Below, piece by piece: positions 1-7,591 of a stretch of DNA of 30,105 bases; the stretch's first letter is position 1, and every line of letters begins with the position of its first letter. Source of the DNA: Armatimonadota bacterium (lineage in GTDB: Bacteria; Armatimonadota; Zipacnadia; Zipacnadales; UBA5352); NCBI GenBank assembly GCA_034722055.1, contig JAYENL010000193.1, positions 1 through 30,105 of the forward strand. Reading direction: 5' to 3'. A program made the translations under genes and the position numbers. The notes below the pieces were generated by a model that did no database searches, was not told the DNA's origin, and saw nothing but the letters and a program-made list of their open reading frames with translations.

Positions 1-865
1 CCGTCACAGCCACCGGCCCCGAGCCGGGCCCGCCTCCTCCGTGGGGCGTGCTGAAGGTCTTGTGCAGGTTCACCTGCACGGCGTCGAAGCCCATGTCCCC
101 GGGCCGGGCATGGCCCATGATGGCGTTGAGGTTCGCCCCGTCGCAGTAGAGAAGGGCGCCCGCTTCGTGGACGAGCCGGGCGATCTCCAGCACCTCGGTC
201 TCGAAGAGGCCCAGCGTGTTGGGGTTGGTGAGCATCATGGCGGCGACGTCGTCATCGAGGGCGTCTTCCAGCTCTCCGAGGTCCACCCGACCGTCATCCC
301 CGGATTGGAGCGCAGTGACGGTGTAGCCGCAGCGGGCCACCGAGGCCGGGTTGGTGCCGTGCGCGGTATCTGGGACGATGACCCGACTGCGCGTCTCGCC
401 GCGGCTGTCGTGGCAGGCCCTGAAGATCCGCAAGGAGGTGAACTCGCCCGCCGCCCCCGCCGGCGGCTGCAGCGACACCGCGTCCATGCCCAGGATCTCC
501 GCCAGCCAGCCCTCCAGTTGGTGCATCAGCCGCATGGCGCCCTGCGCGGCCTCCTCCGGCATCTCCGGGTGCAGCCGCGTCCAACCCGCCTCCGACGCGA
601 TGCTCTCATGCACCTTGGGGTTGTACTTCATGGTGCACGAGCCCAGCGGGTAGAAGTTGGCGTCCACGTTGAAGTTCTCACCGGCCAGTCGCGCGAAGTG
701 CTGCGCGATCTCCGGCTCGCTGATCCGCGGCAGATTCGGTGGCTCATCCCGCAGATGCGCCGCGGGGATCATCTCGTCCGGCGCGGCAGCCGGGACGTCG
801 GGCTGGGGCATGCGCGTGCAGCGCTTGCCCTCCTCAGAGATCCCGAAAAGCGTCGGCTCCGGCAT
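1..865 (-). CDS. gcvPB: Glycine dehydrogenase (decarboxylating) subunit 2, P-protein beta; 3' end outside the window
   Basis: Not in the ORF track (no stop in the window). Manual translation from ATG 865 gives MPEPTLFGISEEGKR...NFYPLGSCTMKYNPK...AHGTNPASVA...MLTNPNTLGLFE...YCDGANLNAIMG...NLHKTFSTPHGGGGPGSGP, with the PLP-lysine motif intact. Directly downstream of gcvPA. Confidence 0.96.
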   Translation of the reverse strand, partial: MPEPTLFGISEEGKRCTRMPQPDVPAAAPDEMIPAAHLRDEPPNLPRISEPEIAQHFARLAGENFNVDANFYPLGSCTMKYNPKVHESIASEAGWTRLHPEMPEEAAQGAMRLMHQLEGWLAEILGMDAVSLQPPAGAAGEFTSLRIFRACHDSRGETRSRVIVPDTAHGTNPASVARCGYTVTALQSGDDGRVDLGELEDALDDDVAAMMLTNPNTLGLFETEVLEIARLVHEAGALLYCDGANLNAIMGHARPGDMGFDAVQVNLHKTFSTPHGGGGPGSGPVAVT

Positions 866-901
866 CGTCGTCTCGTCCCTCTCTGTGGCTGGACCTGCTG
901 T

Positions 902-2245
902 CTACAGCCCGGCGACCTCCACCAGCGCTTCGATCTCAGCGCGCGTCCGCCGCTCAGTCACCGCCAGCAGCAGGCAGTCCTCCAGCTCGGGATACTCCCG
1001 CCCCAGCGCCGGCCCCACCAGGTAGCCGCGCTCGCACAGCTCCCTGACGGCCTCGTCGGCGGGGCGGTGGAGCTGGACCGCGAACTCGTTGACGAAGTCC
1101 CCGCTGAAGCGGGGCCGTCCGGGGGCGGCGGAGGAGTCGATCAGCTCGCGCAGATAATGTGCGCTCTGCGCGCTGAGCAGCGCCACCTCACGCAGCCCCT
1201 CGGGGCCCAGGGCGGCCAGATAGACGCAGGCGGCGAGGGCGCACAGGCCCTGGTTGGTGCAGATGTTGCTGGTGGCCCGGCCGCGGCGGATATGCTGCTC
1301 GCGGGTCTGCAGCGTCAGGCAGTAGGCCAGCGCGCCCTCGGCGTCAACGGTTCGGCCGACGACGCGCCCGGGCATGGAGCGCAGGAAGCGCTCCCGGCAG
1401 GCGAAGATACCCAGCAGCGGCCCCCCGAATCCCGGCGGCAGGCCCAACGGCTGGCCCTCGCCCACCACGATGTCCGCCTCATACTGCCCCGGCGGGGTCA
1501 GCAGCGCCAGCGAGATCGGCTCCACGGAGGCGACGAAGAGAGCGCCGGCGGCGTGCGCCAGCTCCGCGGCCGCCGCCATCTCCTCGATGACGCCGAAGTA
1601 GCTGGGCTGCTGGAGGCAGACGCAGGCCACGTCCTCATCCAGGGCGTCCTTCAGGGCGTCGAGGTCCATGCGACCGCTCTCGCCGCTGTAGGGCACCTCG
1701 GCGACCGTCACACCCGCCGCCTCGCAGTAGGTGCGGGTGGTGCGGCGGGCGGCGGGCGAGAGCGCCGCCGACACCAGGGCGCGGTCGCGGCCCGTGATCG
1801 AGGAGGCCATCAGCGCCGCCTCCCCCAGGCCCGTGGCCGCGTCGTAGAGGGAGGCGTTGGCGACGTCCATGGCCGTGAGCTCGCAGATCATCGTCTGGTA
1901 CTCGAACATGGCCTGCAGCGTTCCCTGCGAGGCCTCGGCCTGATAGGGCGTGTAGGGCGTCAGGAGCTCCGGGATGCTGATGACGCTCTGCACGATGGCG
2001 GGGATGAACCGGTCGTAGACGCCGCCTCCGGCGAAGCACACCAGCTCCTCCAGCGTCCGGTTCTCGGCCGCCAGCGCCCGCGCTCGGGACACCAGCTCCA
2101 TCTCGGTCAGCGGCCCGGGGATATCCGGCTGTGCCGTGGCGCGCACGGACTCGGGGATGAGCTCGAACAGCTCCTCAACCGAGCCGATCCCCATGTGCTC
2201 CAGCATCGTGCGTCGGTCGCGATCGGAGTTGGGCAGGTAGGCCAC
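902..2245 (-). CDS. gcvPA: Glycine dehydrogenase (decarboxylating) subunit 1, P-protein alpha
   Basis: Motifs TPYTPYQAEASQGTLQAMFEYQ, ANASLYD, GEGQPLG, TLQTREQHIRRGRATSNICTNQ. Start moved to GTG 2245 (MAYLPNSD), preceded by GGAGGAGG and just after the gcvH stop. Confidence 0.96.
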   Translation of the reverse strand: MAYLPNSDRDRRTMLEHMGIGSVEELFELIPESVRATAQPDIPGPLTEMELVSRARALAAENRTLEELVCFAGGGVYDRFIPAIVQSVISIPELLTPYTPYQAEASQGTLQAMFEYQTMICELTAMDVANASLYDAATGLGEAALMASSITGRDRALVSAALSPAARRTTRTYCEAAGVTVAEVPYSGESGRMDLDALKDALDEDVACVCLQQPSYFGVIEEMAAAAELAHAAGALFVASVEPISLALLTPPGQYEADIVVGEGQPLGLPPGFGGPLLGIFACRERFLRSMPGRVVGRTVDAEGALAYCLTLQTREQHIRRGRATSNICTNQGLCALAACVYLAALGPEGLREVALLSAQSAHYLRELIDSSAAPGRPRFSGDFVNEFAVQLHRPADEAVRELCERGYLVGPALGREYPELEDCLLLAVTERRTRAEIEALVEVAGL

Positions 2246-2247
2246 GG

Positions 2248-2631
2248 TCAGGCCTCCTCCTCGCAGACTCCAGCGTAGGAACCCGCGTCGAGGAGCTGCT
2301 CCATCTCCGAGATATCGCTCGGCGCGACTGCGATCATCCACGCCCCCCAGGGGTCCTCGGCGATCTGGTCGAGGTCATCTATCAGCCCCTCGTTGGCCTC
2401 TGTGACCTCCCCGCTGATGGGGGCGAAGAGCTCGGCCACGGCCTTCACGCTCTCGATCTCGCCGAAGGGGGCGCCCTGCGAGACCGGCGTTGAGGGCTCG
2501 GGGAGATCGAGGAAGATGACGTCGCCGAGCTGCTCCATGGCGAAGGCCGTGATCCCCACGCGCACGAGCTCACCATCCTGCATGGCCCACTCATGCGTCT
2601 CGGTGTATCTGCGGTCGTCGGGAATCTGCAT
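2248..2631 (-). CDS. gcvH: Glycine cleavage system H protein (lipoyl carrier)
   Basis: YTETHEW, VGITAFAMEQLGDVIF, lipoyl-lysine motif EIESVKAVAELFAPISGEV; AGGAGG RBS upstream. Confidence 0.97.
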   Translation of the reverse strand: MQIPDDRRYTETHEWAMQDGELVRVGITAFAMEQLGDVIFLDLPEPSTPVSQGAPFGEIESVKAVAELFAPISGEVTEANEGLIDDLDQIAEDPWGAWMIAVAPSDISEMEQLLDAGSYAGVCEEEA

Positions 2632-2720
2632 CGATCAGTCCTCCTGCAGGGCGCGGCTGGCGCTCCGAGGGTGTATTACGCATCCCACTGCGATTCGCCT
2701 CCCGCTCGACCGAGAATCGC

Positions 2721-5700
2721 TCATCGCGGGAAGCGCCGAACCACCGTGGCGTGAACGTGGATCGGCATGCGGTCCCCCGGCGAGAGCTCCCCGGCCTCGC
2801 GGGCGGGGGCGGAGCGCTGGAGCTGCCTGGCCGGGAACAGGAGCAGCCCCGAGCCCTCAACCGCCACGCGGCGGTCCACCCAGGCCATGCCGACCTGGCG
2901 GCCCTCGACCGGCGCGCAGCTCGTGACGTGGCCCACGCACTCGCCCCTGCTCGACGCCACCGGATCGCCGGAGCGGATCGCCCGCACACCCTCCTCATCC
3001 ACGCGGAAACGCACGATCTGCTGGCTCCGGTCGGCCTCCCGCCGCAGGAGCGCGTCGCGCCCCACGAAGAAGGGCTTCTCGGCCGAGACGAAGCGGGAAT
3101 AGCCCGCGCCCGGTGGCGTGATCTCATGCGGCCCCGCCAGCTCGTGGCCGTAGAGCGGGAGGCCGGCCTCGATGCGCAGCGAGTCCCGCGCTCCCAGGCC
3201 GGCCGGCATCACGCCGCGGTCGTCGCCGACCTCCAGGAGGCGCCGCCACAGGGCCGCCGCATGGCTCGGGTGCACCATCAGCTCGTAGCCGATGGCCTCT
3301 CCCGTGTACCCGGTGCGAGAGACGAAGGCTGGTATATCCCCCAGCCTCGCCTCCAGGAACTCGAAGCGCCCCAGGGTCAGCGCCGCACAGGCCGCTCGAG
3401 GGGCGTCGGTGAGATCGCACAGCACCTCACCGGATGCCAGGCCCTGCAGGGCCATCACCATGAGCCGATCGTCGCCCGCGGAGCGCGCCGTAAGGTCACG
3501 GACCTGCACGCGCCCCGGCGCGCGGCGATGCGGCGCCGCCTCGGTGATGACGTACTCGCCCGCCGTCACGCCCGTCAGCCAGTCCAGCACGCGGGAGGCG
3601 TTGGCGGCGTTCACCACGGCCAGGAAGCAATCCTCGGCGCGACGATAGAGTATGATGTCATCCAGCGGCAGGCCGTCCGGTGTCAGCAGGTAGGTGTAGT
3701 GGCACTCGCCCCGCCGCAGCCGCTGCATCCGCCCGGTGGTGACCGCCTCCAGGAAGTCCGCCACCCGCTCCCCGGACAGCTCTACCACGCCCATGTGTCC
3801 GAGGTCGAACAGCCCTGCCGCCTCCCGCACGGCGGCGTGCTCCGCGGCCACCGATGTGTACCACCCGGGCATGCGCCATCCGGCGAACTCGATCAGGCGA
3901 GCGTCCAGGCGCTCGTGCTCCGCAATCAGCGGCGTTTCGCGCAGCTCCTCCTCTGTCTCCTCCGCCGGCTCGAAGCGCCGTGGTCGGGGCTCGAGCTTCG
4001 CGGCCTCCTCAATGTGCGCCTGGCCGACAAACCACGGCTTCTCGAGCGCGAAGAGCTCTGCGCACGCCCCACGGAACAGCGTCAGGCCGTCGGGAGCCTC
4101 AGCCTCACCGTCGAAGATCGGCAGGCCCGCCTCACGCCGTGCATCCGCGCTAACGGGGCCCGGCTCACCGCTGCGATTCTGCCGGACGGCGCCGAGGTCG
4201 TGGACCGTCACCGGGCCCGCCAGACTCCGGTGGGGATCCTCCACGTCGCAGAGTGCGGCGCCAGCGCTCAGCCCCCGAAGCCACGCCCCCACCCGGGAGT
4301 GCCGCTGCAGGTGAGTATACAGCAGCCACCTCGATGGCGTCTCGGACGAGCGGCGGACCACCACGTCATCGATCAGCGTCCCGTCAGGCGCCAACAGGAG
4401 CGTCTGAGCGCTCTCGCCGGGCGAGAGGTCGCCCACCCGGCCCGTCGCGGCCTGGTCGAGGAACATGGAGGCGCCGATGCCTTGGACCGCCAGCAGGCCC
4501 ACCTCCCCGCACGCGAACAGGGGATGCTCCTGCACCGCCTGCGCGAGTTCCTCCGGAGCGGCCGCCTCTCGTGAGGGCGCCGCCGCGCCTGCCAGCCCCT
4601 CGGCGATGTCCCGCACCTGAGGCCGGATCCCGGCGAGCGCATCGATCGCGATGCGCGCCTCCGCAGGCCCCTTCGGCATGGTCGGGGACGCCGCCGGTCG
4701 GGCAGCGCTCAGCGCCGCCGCGACGCACTCGCCGACCCGCGCCGCGTCCTCGTCGGTGGCATCCACGTGCGCCAGCCAGGTGGCATCGAGCATCAGGGCG
4801 CCACCATCCCGGTCATCGCGGAACCCGGCGATGATTCCGGCAGCCACCAGGATCCGTGCCAGCGCTTCCGCCACCATCGTCTCGCCGGACTCGGCCGCGA
4901 GCGCCGCGGCCTCGATGACGCAGAGGTGCGTATCCGTGCCCTGAGCTGCCTCCAGCTCGCCGCAGAGCCTCCGCGCGCATGATGCGATGCGGGCCTGGAG
5001 CCGTCGGAACTGCTTGCTGTCGGCCCATGCGAATGCCTCCGCCATCGCGGCCAGACGTCCGGCGTCAGGGGCCTGTCTTCGCAGCGAGCGCCCTGCCGCC
5101 CGCGCGAGATCGTGATGGGCCGTAACGATCCCCGCGCCACTGGGCCCGCACAGCGTCCCGTGGGTCGTGAAGGTCACCGCGTCGGCCAGGCCCACCGGAC
5201 CCGGGCACTCACCGGCCATCACCAGGCCAGCGGCCTGTCCCAGCTCCGCCACCAGCAGGCAGTCGCCGACGCCCTCGCGGATCTCGCCCAGCCGGCGCCA
5301 GTCAGGCATCCGCGGCGATCCGTCGCCTCCGGCGATCAGCACCTCCGGCCGATGCTCGCGGACAAGCTCCTCGACGCGCTGGTACTCGACCCCCCCGCAG
5401 TCGGCCCTCAGAACGTCGTCGCCGGGGCGGATCACGAGGTCCCCGGCGGGGCCTCGGCCATCGAGACGGGTCGCGATGTCCAGCACCGGGCGCTCGCCGC
5501 GGCAGACGCCGTCCAGCACTGCACGCAGGGCCTGCCGCTCCGTGGACGCGCGGAGGCTCACGTGCAGTCTCTCGGCTGGGATGTCGGGGGTCGCGAAGCG
5601 TCGGGCGCAGGCCCAGCGGGCCGCCATCTCCAGCAGCTCCGCGGGATGCCCCCCTCCGCTCGGTCCGGCATCCGCGAGCAAGGGATCCGCTGGGCCGGCC

Positions 5701-5990
5701 AGCCGTGCCAGCGCGTCCGCCGCGTCCTCGCTGCCAATCCGAACAGGAGGCCTGGAGCCGGCCTGCGCGGCAGCCGGGACCGCCGAGAGAGCCTCCCGGA
5801 CCGGCTTCGCCAGCACGTGCAGCTCCGGCGAAAGCAGCAGGCAGCCCTCGGTCGCAACCCGGTCGAGCAGATCGCTAACGCCCGCAATCGCGTTCTCGGT
5901 CTGTTCCCACGCCACACTCATCACCGTCAGTCGGGCCTGCCGGAACTGGATCCTCGGGCACTCACCAGGTCCGAGGACGATTACCGCCAT
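2721..5990 (-). CDS. gcvT: Fusion: degenerate SHMT(GlyA)-like domain + partial GcvT-like domain + complete aminomethyltransferase (GcvT)
   Basis: C-terminal ~410 aa carry intact GcvT motifs (LRETPL, FAGWRMP, EHAAVREAAGLFDLGHMG, DDIILY, VVNAAN, SRTGYTGE, GLGARDSLRIEAGLPLYGHEL). The N-terminal part follows the SHMT motif order (EHRPEVLIAG, PDWRRL, AGLV.AG..P.PVG.AD.VTFTTH-G-TLCGP, GTDTHL). Start uncertain: ATG 5990 or ATG 5921. The ORF-track extension to 7658 is antisense to the next gene. Confidence 0.88.
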   Translation of the reverse strand: MAVIVLGPGECPRIQFRQARLTVMSVAWEQTENAIAGVSDLLDRVATEGCLLLSPELHVLAKPVREALSAVPAAAQAGSRPPVRIGSEDAADALARLAGPADPLLADAGPSGGGHPAELLEMAARWACARRFATPDIPAERLHVSLRASTERQALRAVLDGVCRGERPVLDIATRLDGRGPAGDLVIRPGDDVLRADCGGVEYQRVEELVREHRPEVLIAGGDGSPRMPDWRRLGEIREGVGDCLLVAELGQAAGLVMAGECPGPVGLADAVTFTTHGTLCGPSGAGIVTAHHDLARAAGRSLRRQAPDAGRLAAMAEAFAWADSKQFRRLQARIASCARRLCGELEAAQGTDTHLCVIEAAALAAESGETMVAEALARILVAAGIIAGFRDDRDGGALMLDATWLAHVDATDEDAARVGECVAAALSAARPAASPTMPKGPAEARIAIDALAGIRPQVRDIAEGLAGAAAPSREAAAPEELAQAVQEHPLFACGEVGLLAVQGIGASMFLDQAATGRVGDLSPGESAQTLLLAPDGTLIDDVVVRRSSETPSRWLLYTHLQRHSRVGAWLRGLSAGAALCDVEDPHRSLAGPVTVHDLGAVRQNRSGEPGPVSADARREAGLPIFDGEAEAPDGLTLFRGACAELFALEKPWFVGQAHIEEAAKLEPRPRRFEPAEETEEELRETPLIAEHERLDARLIEFAGWRMPGWYTSVAAEHAAVREAAGLFDLGHMGVVELSGERVADFLEAVTTGRMQRLRRGECHYTYLLTPDGLPLDDIILYRRAEDCFLAVVNAANASRVLDWLTGVTAGEYVITEAAPHRRAPGRVQVRDLTARSAGDDRLMVMALQGLASGEVLCDLTDAPRAACAALTLGRFEFLEARLGDIPAFVSRTGYTGEAIGYELMVHPSHAAALWRRLLEVGDDRGVMPAGLGARDSLRIEAGLPLYGHELAGPHEITPPGAGYSRFVSAEKPFFVGRDALLRREADRSQQIVRFRVDEEGVRAIRSGDPVASSRGECVGHVTSCAPVEGRQVGMAWVDRRVAVEGSGLLLFPARQLQRSAPAREAGELSPGDRMPIHVHATVVRRFPR

Positions 5991-6230
5991 CCGGCGCCCG
6001 CCAGGGAGAGTCGCGGTCGGTCTACTGTTCGACAGCGGCGGGCCGGCGCCTTCAAAGGCCCGACGTGTGGCGCCCGGAATCGCCGGCAATGGTCCGGCGC
6101 CCGAGGCGGCCGGCGTGCCGAAACGAAGCTGAAGATATGACCTGGACACAAGAAGGATGGAACAAAAGCCGGGTGTCCTCGGTTTGTGTACCCCAGACGC
6201 TTCCCCAACAGTCGCGATCAGGGAGTGAGC

Positions 6231-7517
6231 ATGATGTGTGTGAGGAAAGCATCGCTGGCTCTCATGTGCCTGGCGATTATTGCATTCTGTGCGCTCGGCC
6301 TGTCGCAGGCCGCGGCTCAGGAGAACCAGGGGGGCTTCGGGCAGGCTGGTGACCAGCCCGCGGCCGCCGAGGAGCAGCAGGAGGGCGACGTCGGCGCGGA
6401 GGAAGAGGGGCGGGCCGGCGAGGCAGTCGAGGGTGAGGAGGGCGCCGCTGCGGAGGTGCTCGAGGCTGAGGAGGTCGAGGCCGAGATCGAGCCCATTCCC
6501 CCCAGCTTCGATTTCGAGGATGGACAGCTCTCGCCCCACTGGTCGGCCACCGGCATGGAGCCCATGCTGGAGATCACCCGCGGTCCGGGCCAGGCGCTGG
6601 CCGGCCAGGGCGCCTTGATGCTGACGTACATGCCCGGCGGGGGGAATCTGCCCTCGGTGTCTGTGGGCCCGCTGGAGATGGTGGGGCAACCCAGCGTCCT
6701 GCAGTTCGGGCTGAAGACCGACGAGATCTCCTCCATTCGATACGGTGTGGCGGAGGAGGACGGTACCGAGTATGAGGGCTACTGCTACGCCCCCGCCGGC
6801 GAATGGGTCGATTGTCGGATCGCGCTGGACGAGCTGATGCTGGCGCAGAACTCCGAGGACGAGAATGAGATGCTCGATCCCGAGCAGATCACCTCCCTCA
6901 CATTCATGGACCTGTGCAACCTGCCGGGCGAGATCGGCCGCGCGCTGGGAATCAAGCAGGGGCTCCAGCACATGTGGCTTGACAACGTGAAGCTGAGCCC
7001 CGGCACGGCGCCTCGGCGCTCCCAGGAGGCGGGAGGCGGCGTCATCGTCGATGACTTCGACGGCGAAGCGGCCCTGTTCCTTCCGGTTGGGGGTCCGGAG
7101 ATTGAGTCCGTCGCGGGACCGGGCGGCGGCGATGACGGGGCCTGTAAGCTCATCTACAGGCTGGGCGGGCACAGGTGGGTGGGCTTCGTGCGAGGCGTCG
7201 GCCACCTGGACCTCACCGGCTTCGACCAGTACTGCCTCAAGCTCAAGGCCGAGCATCGGGCGCGCCTGGTCGCGGTGCTGGAGGAGTGGGACGGCTCCAA
7301 GTACGAGACGAATCTGGAGCTGGACCCGGAGGCGGGCTGGACCGAGGTGACTCTGCCCCTCACGCAGTTCATCCTGGACCCGGCCACGGAGGACGAGAAC
7401 GAGCAGGTCGATCTGGGTCAGCTCCGCGTTGTCATCCTGGTGGTAGACACCTTCAACGCATCGGTCAACGCCATGGGCGACGGATCTTTCACAATCAGCA
7501 GGATATCCTTCCGCTGA
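6231..7517 (+). CDS. Secreted protein with acidic linker and two tandem CBM11/CIA30-like galactose-binding-fold domains
   Basis: ATG 6231 after GGGAG; signal-like N-terminus (RKASLALMCLAIIAFCALGLSQAAA); Glu/Ala-rich linker; internal duplication (GEWVDCRIALDELMLAQNSEDENEMLD vs AGWTEVTLPLTQFILDPATEDENEQVD; FDFED vs DDFDG). Fold assignment is inference. Confidence 0.7.
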   Translation: MMCVRKASLALMCLAIIAFCALGLSQAAAQENQGGFGQAGDQPAAAEEQQEGDVGAEEEGRAGEAVEGEEGAAAEVLEAEEVEAEIEPIPPSFDFEDGQLSPHWSATGMEPMLEITRGPGQALAGQGALMLTYMPGGGNLPSVSVGPLEMVGQPSVLQFGLKTDEISSIRYGVAEEDGTEYEGYCYAPAGEWVDCRIALDELMLAQNSEDENEMLDPEQITSLTFMDLCNLPGEIGRALGIKQGLQHMWLDNVKLSPGTAPRRSQEAGGGVIVDDFDGEAALFLPVGGPEIESVAGPGGGDDGACKLIYRLGGHRWVGFVRGVGHLDLTGFDQYCLKLKAEHRARLVAVLEEWDGSKYETNLELDPEAGWTEVTLPLTQFILDPATEDENEQVDLGQLRVVILVVDTFNASVNAMGDGSFTISRISFR

Positions 7518-7591
7518 GGAGAAACCTATCCTCGAAGGCCCAAGCAAGCTGACCCTGGACCGGGGCGTGGGGGAAAGGGTGTCCTGCGATT

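Noticed and set aside
41..2278. 745-aa plus-strand ORF and other long overlapping ORFs (2751-4574, 11414-12559, 14096-16933, 18777-20732, 20758-22785, 28454-29578)
   Set aside because: Antisense or alternate-frame shadows of well-supported genes, expected at high GC; no family motifs.
2690..2720. GCGATTC...GAATCGC inverted repeat between gcvT and gcvH as a terminator
   Set aside because: No U-tract and inside an apparent operon; at most an mRNA stability hairpin.
5925..6230. Glycine riboswitch expected upstream of the gcv operon
   Set aside because: No GGAGA...CCGAAG...CTCTCAGG pattern on the minus strand; only a generic TCCTCGG/CCGAGGA hairpin near 5951-5977. An Infernal search with RF00504 would settle it.
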